From Enoplolaimus lenunculus (Eukaryota), in assembly GCA_030248215.1 (NCBI GenBank), contig JASANG010003130.1, forward strand, positions 434,001 through 498,000: a stretch of 64,000 nucleotides of DNA, given 5' to 3'. Within the stretch, counting starts at the first letter, position 1. Each line of letters begins with the position of its first letter. The position numbers were made by a program, and so were the translations under genes. Below, piece by piece: positions 27,681-38,819 of this stretch. The notes under the pieces were generated by a model. The model was given only the letters and a program-made list of their open reading frames with translations, ran no database searches and was not told the DNA's origin.

Positions 27681-30669
27681 ATGTCAACATCAGTAGTAAA
27701 AGTTCATTCGCGTGATCGTAAAAAACATAGCAAAGAAGGTAAACCAGACCATACTTGTAAAATTAAACAGTTACCAAACAAAATTCGTAACAACGATACA
27801 GCCAAATCGCAACATTTGATTCAAAACAAGCAAGCATTTCAATCATTGCAAGAACAATCAAAGGCAACCTCTTGTAGCCAACAGGGTTACAAATCTATAG
27901 ATAGCGATGATTCTAAATCAGTTTACAAGCAAACCAACGACACACAAACTATTCCGTCGTTAGTTATTGTCGATTTCAATGGTACTCGTTTCACGATACT
28001 TTTACAAAATTTACTAAAGTTTCCCAAATCCCGAATATCTCAACTGGTCCAATCGCTTGATACTAAGAAATACGACGAAATTGGTGCAATTGAGAACAAC
28101 GATCAAAATCTGTTACAAAGTATTTCTATTTTTCACTTGAAAAATGCAACACTTTTCGCGGAATCACCAGCTACCGTTTGGTACGAGCTCCAGTTTGACC
28201 GATGCGCAGGTCGATTCGACAGTATTGCAAACGCGTACCGATCAGGTGCATTGCATATGCCGACGTCTGGTTGCGTTAAAGAAATTGTTGCCGAAATGCA
28301 ATTGTGGCAATTCGACGCAAATTGTATAGCCGACTGCTGTCGAGAAATATTGGAACCAGCAATGTTTGCGGCAGACGGCAAAAATTTACTAACCTCGATG
28401 ACCTCAACATCGACTGTTCATTCAATAATCGAAGATATGAATTTTGAAGGTGGTCGTGAACAACTGGAGTTTGAAGAAAATCAACAAGCGACCGAGACAA
28501 AACGGAGTTGTTTGGTTTGGTGGCAAACGTTTCGTGAATTTTTCGATCCAGACCTGCTAAAAAATAAAACGTTTCGACAACGTGTTTGGATTACGCTTGA
28601 GTTACCAAACTCGTCAATGGTTGCTATGGTACGACCAACGATTTAATGTGAAGCGCATTCCAGCGAACGCGAGCCCTACCTTAGCGTTATCGGGAAGCTA
28701 CAATAACTGAGATGCGACTACCATTTTTAGTACACAGAGATGCCGATTAATTTGCTTGAAGTAGTACAAACTTGCAAAAATTAACTTTTCTTCACATTGC
28801 TGTTTTCAACTCTGCTAAGCTTATGTTTAAACCTCAACCTAAGCCTAAGCCCAGATCTTAGACTAAGGCTAAACTTAAGAATGATGAAAAGATTTCGTAG
28901 GCGAACGTAAACAAGTGCCAAGAGGATATGTACATTAAATATACGGGTTTTTTGGTATGTTTGATTGAATATTGGTTTCTCAAAAGGTGCCTATATGAAA
29001 GTTCGGTCTTTTTCGTTATTTTTAAAACAACTTTTGTATATATCACAGTAAAAATCGGAATTAGGACAAAATTAAATTAGCTAAGCAATTAAATGATCTT
29101 TCAGGCATTAATGGCTATATCAGTATCGATGGTGCTCGCAAGCATGGTCGCTTTAGTAATGAGCTCATTGCATGAATTTCAACAGTTTGATTCGGTGTCA
29201 AACTCAACTCGTCCAATAGATTCAGTTGAACTGGTCGACACTACGTGCGTTATTTGGTTCACAGGAGATTACATTGTTCGTTTATGGGCGAATCCGACAC
29301 GTTTGGCTTACTGTGTTAACCCACTCTCGGTGATTGATTTACTGTCTGTTTTGCCGTTTTACGTTGAATTAACGTTTCGAGACATTGGTATCAGCCCTGG
29401 CGCTGTATTCGGAGACGTTCGGCGGTCATTGGTTATTTTACGAATCTTACGCGTTTTGAGAGTATTTCGAGCTTTAAGGGTTTTAAAGGTCGCACGCTAT
29501 TCGTCAGGATTCCAGTCGATGGGACAAACGTTGAAGCGCAGTTGGCGTGAGCTTTGTCTGCTAGGAATGTTCACGCTTGTGACTAATTTGATGTTTTCGA
29601 CGTGTATGTACTATTTTGAGCTTGATCATCCAAAATCGCATTTTCCTGATATTCCATCTGCTTGCTGGTGGAGCGTGATTACGATGACTACGGTGGGGTA
29701 AGTACAGGTAAAAGTGTGGACCTTTTGCCCGAAAGCTTTAAACAAAGTCAAAGTCTACACCTGAGCCTAAAAGCCTACACCTGGGCCCGACACCTAGGCC
29801 TAAAAATTGAATCTGCCAAAGCCTGAAAATTTCGCATGTTACTGGAGAATGTACAAGTGCTTGGTACGTTTTTAGCATACTTATACGATTTCTACAGTAA
29901 AATATGTCTACAGCAACTAATTTTTTTAGATATGTTCGACACGGTAGTTTTTTTTTGTCCTCAGCAATTTGGACACCGAAACTTTTTTCAAGACCATAAT
30001 ATATGCCTTGCAAGCGCTACAATAATGTTTACGGAGGCATAAGTATTTGAATTTGAAAGTTCTATTTTTTTAAGTCATCTGTTCTAAAAAACCAAAAACC
30101 TTTAATCCCTTGCGCACCTTGGTTGTACACCAAAGCGTAAACAAATGGTCATTAAATTCAAATGGAAAGAGGTTACATAGCGTTTTAGAGAAATTGGTCT
30201 TGAGATTTGCATTCGTTTAAAACAAATCATTACCCTTGCAAAGTGAAGCTCAACTTCACATACACAAATTTTTACAACGAGAACTCGCAACTGCAACATG
30301 TACGTGTAAATTTTGTTTCAAACAAAACCTGCAACTGTAAGCTCTCGCTGTACAAACTTGCACCTGTAACTTCTCGCTGCCAAAACTTGCACGCGTTTCT
30401 TGCTGCAATAGATTGTAACTGTAAGTTCTCGCTGCGAAAACTTGCACGCACAGTGAATGAAAATTGACGCCCGACATTTTAGATATGGCGACGTATATCC
30501 GCAAACGGTTCCCGGAAAATTTCTCGGTGGTCTCGTGAGCATCGCGGGTATTATTTTGTTGGCGTTTCCGATCTCAGTGATCGTTGAAACGTTTAACGAC
30601 GAATATCAAAGTCGCGAGGCGCAGAAATCATCGAACAGACAACGTATTCTTGAGCAAACCGAAACGTAA
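27681..30669 (+). CDS. Voltage-gated potassium channel alpha subunit, Shab/Kv2-related (nematode kvs/exp-2-like); 3 exons, ~575 aa
   Basis: Exons 27681-28628, 29105-29697 and 30483-30669 join in frame via GT-AG introns (phases 0 and 2). Contains a T1/BTB domain (VDFNGTRF...FDR...IANAYRSGALH...ADCC), pre-S1 WITLELPNSS, S3 NPLSVIDLLSVLPFY and S4 LRILRVLRVFRALRVLKVARYS. The pore sequence WWSVITMTTVG|YGD is rebuilt across intron 2, followed by S6 GIILLAFPISVIVETF. The start Met is inferred. Confidence 0.93.
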
Positions 30670-30734
30670 AGTGCGAGATAGGAAAAAAATTGGTCGCAGA
30701 AAAAGAATACGGAAAATGAAACATATATGTTAGC

Positions 30735-30876
30735 AGAGTACAACCGGAGGTCTGCCTCCGGCTCCGGCAGAAATCATTTTACTACGTAATTTCGCCTCAC
30801 CTCCGGCTCCGGCAAGCTTTGTTGACCTCCGGCTCCGGCTCCGGTTCCGATATTTGTCACCTCCGGTTGCACCCTG
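30735..30876. mobile_element. Small TIR element in the Kv 3' region (relative at ~50811-51165)
   Basis: CAGAGTACAACCGGAGG ... CCTCCGGTTGCACCCTG termini with internal CTCCGG repeats. Confidence 0.65.
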
Positions 30877-31608
30877 TTAAATAGTGTTTATCATGGCAAA
30901 TTCATTTGTTCGTGTTGAATTTTAACGCAAATTTTAAATTTCAATGGATTCTTATATAATATCATTATTTTGACCTGTGTGTACGGTTATTTTTTTTAAA
31001 TTTAACATATAATTCACCGTTCGTCTGTGATCAGAAATACTCAACGCTTGTAAAATTTCACATTTTCGCTTCAACACCAGAAAATTCTAGGTTGGTAATT
31101 TTTACTACGTGACAAATGAAATGTACAGAAAAATAATTTTTTCGAGGCAACGTACTTTGTGGCAGGGCCGGGGGTCTTTCACGTGCCCACCTAGTGGAGT
31201 TCAGGCATCATCTAATAATTTATGTGATTGCATGTATAACCATGAACGAATTTTACCACGAAATAATTTATTTTGAATTAAAAACGGTAATATAAGCGAT
31301 GTGTCAGTATGTCTGTAAACTATCATGAACTAACGATATTTGCGAACAATAAAAAATACAAAACACTGGGTAAAACATTCGTATGATAAAGCATGAAAGT
31401 TTCTTCAAAAGCCTCGTTTTACACAGATCTGTATCCCACTCAACAGGCTAGGGCCTAAGAGAACTGAAATTTTCCAGCAGGCACATTCAAGGATTTTATG
31501 TGACTTGCTAGCGAGGTTGAAACCTTATTGGGGAAGGCTCAAACCATTGCCAGTGGATCTCAATCCTAATGCCTTCGGGATCGCTTTTCCTAAATGCATG
31601 TTGTTGAT

Positions 31609-32395
31609 TTAAAGCTTGACTTCTTCTGCTTCACCAAAGTTGCTGTCGTCGTAATATCGTACAGGACGCGTTTGCTTAGATGCAGCGATGTCTTTGCTAA
31701 CTGAAATATACAAATACAGGAGTATGCAGTAGTGACCCCAATTTGGTCTCTTTTATGGACTCTAAATCGGACTTATAGAACCTACCCACTGGCGGTCTCT
31801 GGCGAGAAATGCAGACACCTATTAATGGGAACTCAAAAACTCATTTTTACGCTTAGGTTTAGGCTTACACTTAGGCTTATGGCACATCGTACGCGCAGCA
31901 TATCTTGAGACCAACAGAAAACGCTGTCTGACACAAGGAAACGACATATGGACGAAAAAATTGGTAAATTTGGTTTTAATGTATAAATATATATGTGTGA
32001 GCTTTATAATTACGGATACGCTTATACTGCTGTTTCGACCCTCTTCTACACATCAGGAAACACCTGTTGGGTCAACCAGAAACTAAAGTTGTTATATTCA
32101 AAGGCAAAGTGGGTCCTGGTTCTAGTTTCCTAGTTTTACAGTTTAAAAGAAGAAGAGCGCTTATATTTTGTTGTTTTGAGAATGCTAATTTAGCCATAGG
32201 CGCAAAGTTTTTAAAGTTTGATATGTTTATTTTGTACATTTATATATAGCATTAGAAGAACAGTTTCTCTAAATCGGTGCGTGTATAGTTGCTTTAAACC
32301 CATATACCCTGAATGAATAAAGCGACCGCAAGTGCAACGATAACCAATGCTGTTATACCAATAATCCATCCGATAATACATCGTCGTTGACACAT
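31609..32395 (-). CDS. Candidate 2-exon single-pass membrane micropeptide (59 aa), or the 3' end of a larger gene
   Basis: Exon 32395-32308 (MCQRRCIIGWIIGITALVIVALAVALFIQ, donor G|GTATAT) joins in phase 1 to acceptor TATATTTCAG|31700-31609 (VSKDIAASKQTRPVRYYDDSNFGEAEEVKL*). Not in the ORF track; no homology recognised. Confidence 0.4.
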
Positions 32396-32940
32396 CGAAT
32401 CATCGGAATCAACTGACGAAACTATAAATAGAAATTGAACTCAATAAATAAAATGATGTACTGACCAAAACGAAAACGCTGATTCAATATTTTGATTGCA
32501 TCACAAACACCTTGAACGCATCCATTTCGGAGTAAAAAATAGTTGAATGACTTCGCAGCGTAAAATTGCCTGGCTTCTATCAACTAATCCTAATTTTGCT
32601 ATATCATCATTCGTTCTTTCAAAAGCGCAAGTAAAACATTCAGTTAAAAACAAATATTAACCGTCTATCCAGGACGCATTAAGAAAATAAGTGAAAGTTT
32701 TCAGCTACAACACATAGAATTGATGCACTAAAAATGAACAGCATGCCTGTTGTATGTTTTGATGAATAATTTTGATTTTCAGTGCCCAATTTGGTGATTT
32801 ATTTTTTCTTGTGGTTGGATAACAGCTTAGATATATTTATTCAGCTCAATTATCTACTAGCATCAGTTGTGAAATTTTATGGGTTTTTCTTTACCGTCAT
32901 TAACACATTCAATCCCACCCACCACAGTTTCCGTTTTGTA

Positions 32941-33917
32941 TTTATTGAGCGAAGCTCGGAGTTTCGCGAAGCGTTTTATGTTTTGTACTCTGGGGTCGAA
33001 AGGTGACTGACCATCCGTCCGTCTGTCCGTCCGTTTTTCCGTCTGTCCGTCCGAAAAGAATCTCAAGAACGGCTGAACTGATTTTGATAAACTTTTTTGT
33101 TTGAAACCCAATTATCCTGGGATATTAATCTCGCATTGGGGTTCTAAAGTTTTAAGTCGTATTTGCTACAGGCTAATTTGCATAATTATTTAAGCCTAAA
33201 TTACGACTTTCTACATTATTTCACTAATTATTACAACTACAAGTAATCCAATTTCAGCATTAAAGGGTTTTTGGGTGTGAGGAATCTGAATAGACTGCTT
33301 ACAAAGCTCCAAAACCGATAATTGAGTGGTTAGCTAATTTGCATATTAGCATAGTTTATAAGCCTAAATTAGGATTTTTTTACAATATTTCATTAATTAT
33401 TAAGGTTAAAAACAATCTAATTTTAGCAGCAATATATTTCTGGGTGATAGGATTCTGAATAAATTGTTTACAATCCACCAAAACCGAAATTTGAATAGTT
33501 AGCTAATAGCTAATTTGCATATTAGCTTAATTGACAAGACAAAATTAAGACTTTTTAAATTATTTCAATACTTATTAAGGTTACTGAAGGTGTTTGGGAG
33601 GGTGGAATCTGAATAAATTGTCTACAAACCTTTAAAACCAATATTTAAGTTATTAGCTAATAGATAATTTGCATATAAGCATAATTGATAAACCTAAATT
33701 AAGCGTTTTCACAATATTTCACTAGTTATTAGGGTTACAAGCAATCAAATTTCAGCAATAATCGACTTTCGGGTGCGAGGAATCAATCTGAATAAATTGT
33801 TCACAAATCTTCAAAACCGATGAATGAATAGTTAGCTAATAACTAATCGGCACATTACCTTAATTGCTTACGTGTGTTCGATATTCGCTCAATAAATGTA
33901 GTTCCACTACGACTGGT
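32941..33917 (+). mobile_element. Helentron-associated (HINE/DINE-1-like) non-autonomous element
   Basis: Sub-terminal inverted repeats TTTATTGAGCGAA ... TTCGCTCAATAAA, (GTCY)n microsatellite near the 5' end, ~160-175-bp internal tandem units and a 3' hairpin GTAGT-TCC-ACTAC. Confidence 0.8.
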
Positions 33918-34599
33918 ATATATATATTTTTTTCTGAAAAATGCGGGATCAAACTTTTCAGATTCTTACATCATATATTGCCATATAGTCGTTGAGTTAT
34001 ACTACTTTGCAGCAATTATTGAGTTGACACGATTTGTTTTCGTATTTTAAAGTTTTTTCAATGTTTAGAAGCCGTTTTTCCAGCTGATCCGATCAATTTG
34101 TGTATGTTTTGTGGCCAAAGTATAGTCGACTGCAACGTCGTAAACATCAAATTCAACTGTATGCTTTCACGATTATCCATCACAAAGAAGGCTATTTGCT
34201 ACTGAACGCCAAAAGTTCAGGAATTCGATGTTGCAGCTATTGGAACTCATTCGTTTACAAGAACAAAGACAACTGCCGACTAGCGTTGCAAATATTTCGC
34301 AAAGACTTACAATGCGCTATGGTAGGTGGTAATTGCGGAAGTCAAAACATCTGTACATTGTTGATGATTTAGACAAAAAATTGTCGATTTCAAAGACAAT
34401 GTGCGAATTTTGATTATTTTTTGGGAGATTTATTTTACATTCCGTCAAATTAAAGTTGAAAATCAAAAAAGAGTTAACACCAAATTGAACACTTGAACGG
34501 GATTAATCTGATGCGCTAGTAACTGCCGCTTTAAGATATTTTTGTTTTGATTAATAATGAATATTTAATTATTTTGGTTTAATTCTATTTAAAAGAAGT

Positions 34600-36372
34600 T
34601 TAAAGAAGAGTTTTAAACGTACTTTCGTTGTCACATTTTCGTTTCAGCGAGTCCCAGCCGCGAAACCCGGTTGCTAAGCGATCATCTGTACTCGAGAAAA
34701 CATCGCCGCCGCATCCTAACCTTGGCTCAAATCCATATTCAGTTGGGTATACCGCCGTGCTATCATTATCAAAAGCATCGAATACTGTAGGCCCAACTGA
34801 AAGGCCTCTACCGCCAGGCAACCGATGAGAACCACCGCGTTTTGATCCTGGGTAACCGCTTCGCCCCCCTCGGATGTTAGACTTTCGGAAATGTATTGGT
34901 GCTTGGTCCAAAAAATCACAAGATGTCGAAAAGCAAGGATTTACTCCACATGCTGACAAGGGACCTATTGTTGAAGGTTGTGCTCCTAGCGCCCTGGAAG
35001 AACTTCCTCGGCATAAATGGCCTTCTGTTGGACAGTTAATACATTGTCCAATGGTGCGACACCATCGACATAATTTATGAGGTCGTAAATGACCAATGGT
35101 TTCAGATGGTGTCCCACGAATAATCGGACCAATATGACGATTCTGGTTAGAATACTGACCGTATAAACGGTTAGCATATGCACTCGATGCAGGTAACTGA
35201 ATCGTACAGTACGGAAACGTGTTGCGAAAATTACCAAAATATCCCAAATGCTGTTCGCCGTTCTCGGCAGTCGTACAACTTCTTGGAAATCCTGAGCACA
35301 CGAGCCCTCCGTAACAACACACGTCAGCATCTAAAGCTCTGTTCCCGTTTACCAGTTCATGAGTTTGATCCGTAGCTTGTGGTAGAGGTATTCGTTCGCT
35401 AGCAATATTATTTCTGTTTTGATTTTCTTGTTGGTTTTGAAATTTAGCATTGCAAGAAAACTTGTCCATTTGGTCAAAAGCAATTGGATTTTGTCTGCAA
35501 GCTGCCGCAGACATCAGGTGATTTTCGTGCCGTCGTTGAGCGGGTTCAGCGTAACAAAACGGTGACGGCCGAGGATGTGGCCTCACTGTCGCGTAGTGAC
35601 GCTGCTGTCGTTGAAACACCAAAGGTGGCTTTTTCGTTTCATCTTTGCTAAACTTCAGACCTTCGCCGCTGTTGCTTTCATTTTCACAGCTTCTTTGATT
35701 TCCGCCGGTTTTTTGATTTTCACCGCTTCTGTGTTCTTGAGTGAATCGTTGATTATCTACATACCTTTGGTCGGACATTTCACTTTGTTCTTCGTCGATT
35801 TTGTTTTGTTCCACGTTTTCTATCGATGATATTTCGCTAGCAGCGCTTTCAATTGTTCTTGACCCATTTTTCGTCCGGGACGGTGTTGGTACTCGCGGTG
35901 TGCAAGTAGTTTCATCTCGTTTTGTTGGCCGGAAACTTTTGCGGAATAACTGAGCGGCAAGTTGGCTCACTTTACTCAATCGGTCATCACTATGGTGTGC
36001 AGATGTTAAACCAGGCGGTTCCAATACTTCTACTACAGCAGCACCTCCTGTTGAATGATTTTGATATGTGCTCAAATGGTTTATTTTGGAGAAATCGTAT
36101 GCTTGAGCTGGGTACGAGGTCGCAGTAGTGTCCGATGCGGAAAGAAATGAAAACGGAGTAGAACAATTTTTTCTAGATTTACCGAATTTTGCCTGGGTTA
36201 ACGTTTCCTTTGATGACGCCGGCGACAATGCCGAACTGCGTTGGTCCATTGTTGTTGATATGTCAGATGTTTGAATGGTATTTTCGTTGAATTGGTATGT
36301 TTTATGGTAATTTTGGGCAAGCTTATTCGAGAAGTTCCACGTCGCGATTTGAGGGTCAGATGAGCGGCGCAT
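34600..36372 (-). CDS. Hypothetical 590-aa protein, largely low-complexity/disordered, with a Cys/His-rich segment; single exon or terminal exon
   Basis: 1.77-kb stop-free ORF in AT-rich DNA, not made of tandem repeats. In-frame upstream stop at ~36415-36417. No domain recognised. Confidence 0.75.
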   Translation of the reverse strand: MRRSSDPQIATWNFSNKLAQNYHKTYQFNENTIQTSDISTTMDQRSSALSPASSKETLTQAKFGKSRKNCSTPFSFLSASDTTATSYPAQAYDFSKINHLSTYQNHSTGGAAVVEVLEPPGLTSAHHSDDRLSKVSQLAAQLFRKSFRPTKRDETTCTPRVPTPSRTKNGSRTIESAASEISSIENVEQNKIDEEQSEMSDQRYVDNQRFTQEHRSGENQKTGGNQRSCENESNSGEGLKFSKDETKKPPLVFQRQQRHYATVRPHPRPSPFCYAEPAQRRHENHLMSAAACRQNPIAFDQMDKFSCNAKFQNQQENQNRNNIASERIPLPQATDQTHELVNGNRALDADVCCYGGLVCSGFPRSCTTAENGEQHLGYFGNFRNTFPYCTIQLPASSAYANRLYGQYSNQNRHIGPIIRGTPSETIGHLRPHKLCRWCRTIGQCINCPTEGHLCRGSSSRALGAQPSTIGPLSACGVNPCFSTSCDFLDQAPIHFRKSNIRGGRSGYPGSKRGGSHRLPGGRGLSVGPTVFDAFDNDSTAVYPTEYGFEPRLGCGGDVFSSTDDRLATGFRGWDSLKRKCDNESTFKTLL

Positions 36373-38073
36373 TGAGTAACAACTGATGGTAAAGTTCTGC
36401 CCGATTGAGATATTTCATACGAAAAGTGATGGAAACAAGCAAAATTAATACAATCTGTTGATAAAACTTACTTGTATGTTTCTACTAAAGATAGAATATG
36501 GAACTTCGAAAATAATATTAATTATGATCCTGTGGGATTGGATAAAAATAGCAAGATAACGAACTATTCTGTTTTTTTCGAGGCAGTGTTGCATTTTGCA
36601 ACACTTAAGAGAATTGTGCCAAGAATGCAACTACAGAACGCTTTTCGTGTTTTGAAAAATGCTTATACTGTAGCTAAAATGACATTTTGACAAGCACCAA
36701 AATGTGTCGTGTTTAATAACGTTTTACTGCTCAAGCAATTTGTTTAGTCTCTTCAATTACCAAAAACACGTTTGAAAACGTTCCTATTGCACTTATAAAG
36801 TAAATTTTTTCAATTTGCAATTTTTCAATTTTTTATTTTTACATGGAATTCTACAATTCAGCTGATATAAGTATAAATGAACTGAAAACATTTGTTTAAA
36901 TTAAGAAGTGAAAAGTTTTTTTAAAAGTACATCTATTTGCAGTAATTGAAGCTTTCAACAACTTTTAAATTATTCCAATTAATTTTTAGCTTGCCATCAA
37001 GTCAATGGTTCATAAAATTTCAGGAATTAGGGTCGTACCGTAGAACGGCAGGTGGTCCGCGCCGACTTTGAATTAATTTTTCGGTATAGTGGCAACGATT
37101 TGCTAATTCAACGAACTATTATTTTATAGTATTAGTGCCGGTTTTCACCAATTAAAATTTACCGGCACGTCAGCGTCGCTGATGGTCTTCGCTGTATTCT
37201 TCGCTGATCCCAAAACACGTTAATTGTCAAAGTGGCAACGCCAATGTTAATTAATGGCTTACAACAGATATTATATTATCAAATACTGGCCCTATCGGTA
37301 AAGCAACTCAAAAACAATATAGCCGGCATTTGATACAAAGTTTCGCAAATTGTCAAACTTGCACTAAGAAATTTCGTGTTACCACTGAAAATTCCGAAAC
37401 AGAAATTATGTAAAAGTTTCTATGATTTTTGTGTCTTAATGACTTAATAAGAAAACGTGACTGCTGTTACATAATTGCTGGAATGGTTTTAGTGAAAAAC
37501 ATTACAGTTTTTTTCAGCGTTAATAGTTCAGAATAGCACCACGAAACACAACAATACGAACAACTTCTTCACCTTTTATGACCTATTTTCACTAATTGCC
37601 TGGTGATTTTGTTCTATGAACAACTTTTAAAAATGATTTTAATAAAAGAGTGAAGTTTTCAAATATTTAACGTTCCTACGTTCGTTTTTTGTTGACTTTT
37701 TTCTATACTTTCGAATAGGTGGCAGACGTTTTGATTTAATTTTAGTTGAAAACGGATATATAGCGAAAATATTAAAAATTAATTAGCAGAATATTGTTTT
37801 CGATTTAGTGGAAAACAGTTTGTTTTTAAAGCAAGGATGCATATTTGTTAACTAGGCTTAAATTTGTTCTAAATATGTCTTTGACACACATTAATATGTT
37901 TATTGATATAGCACGCATGAACAAAAGCCTTCAATACGTAGTTTCATTCGAATTTCGAATTATTTGGAAGATATTGGTTTGACAAGAGGTGCTACTTGAG
38001 CCAACAACTAACGTCTAATCGAATGCATTAAACAATACGGGTCAGTCTTAAAGCCTTGGTGGTTATAATTCTA

Positions 38074-38742
38074 CTAAACACTGCCTCGTTTGCCCCACAA
38101 GCCTTTAGCTTTATCCCATGAACGAGCTCGTTTCCCAGAATCAACCGCGTCTTCTATTTGTTCTTGGTTCGTGAGCAGCACTGCGTAACCGTCCACGTTA
38201 TTTCGTTTGCCCCACAATCCAGACGCCTTGTCCCAGTTGCCTCGCTTACCCCATAATCCTGAGGCTTTACCCCAACTAGCTCGTTTACCCCAAAGTCCAG
38301 ATGCTTTTGCCCATTGAGCACCTTGCGAGCGCTTGTAGTTTTCAATCTCACTGCTGTCGTATCCAAGGAGATCGGCGTCAACTAACCAGACTGGACTTAA
38401 TACTGCACGTTTACCCCACAGCCCAGATGCTTTACCCCAGCTGGCTCTTTTACCCCAAAGTCCAGACGCATTGCCCCAACTCGCTCGTTTACCCCAAAGT
38501 CCAGACGCCTTGTTCCAGTTTGCTCTCTTACCCCAAAGGCCAGACGCTTTGCTCCATCCGGCTCGTTTGCCCCAAAGCCCGGATGCCTTACCCCAATTTG
38601 ACCGCTTTACTCCACTCTGCAAAATCGCATTGTCTTCTATATCGGGCTGAATTGGTATCAAACGCACTGTATCAGCCATAGTTGAAACTATCATCGAAAA
38701 GCCAAACATTACAAACAATAGTTGGATGATTCCTTGCGCCAT
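38074..38742 (-). CDS. nlp-38: Allatostatin-B / myoinhibitory peptide (Wamide) neuropeptide precursor, nlp-38-like
   Basis: N-terminal signal peptide (MAQGIIQLLFVMFGFSMIVSTMA) and nine W-X6-W-G peptides flanked by KR dibasic sites (e.g. SNWGKASGLWG, AGWSKASGLWG, ANWNKASGLWG, SQGAQWAKASGLWG, ARSWDKAKGLWG). The C-terminal Gly is the amide donor. Gene symbol is by family resemblance only. Confidence 0.93.
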   Translation of the reverse strand: MAQGIIQLLFVMFGFSMIVSTMADTVRLIPIQPDIEDNAILQSGVKRSNWGKASGLWGKRAGWSKASGLWGKRANWNKASGLWGKRASWGNASGLWGKRASWGKASGLWGKRAVLSPVWLVDADLLGYDSSEIENYKRSQGAQWAKASGLWGKRASWGKASGLWGKRGNWDKASGLWGKRNNVDGYAVLLTNQEQIEDAVDSGKRARSWDKAKGLWGKRGSV

Positions 38743-38812
38743 TTTGCAGTTAACTTTTTTAATATAAAGTTCGCTTAAAAGTACTCTGCATCGGTAAACC
38801 GGTATTTACACC

Positions 38813-38819
38813 CTGAAAA
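38813..38819 (-). promoter_or_regulatory. TTTTCAG splice acceptor (5'-UTR intron or SL trans-splice site) ~70 nt upstream of the MIP ATG
   Basis: Minus strand reads TTTGTATAATTTTCAG|GGTGT, the canonical nematode acceptor consensus. Confidence 0.55.

Noticed and set aside
32782..34372. Plus-strand hydrophobic exons (acceptors at ~32782 and ~34083) as a chemoreceptor fragment
   Set aside because: Could not build a multi-exon 7TM model; the joined frame stops after 13 codons and conflicts with the alternative minus-strand model.
38301..38681. 126-aa plus-strand ORF
   Set aside because: Antisense shadow of the repetitive MIP precursor.
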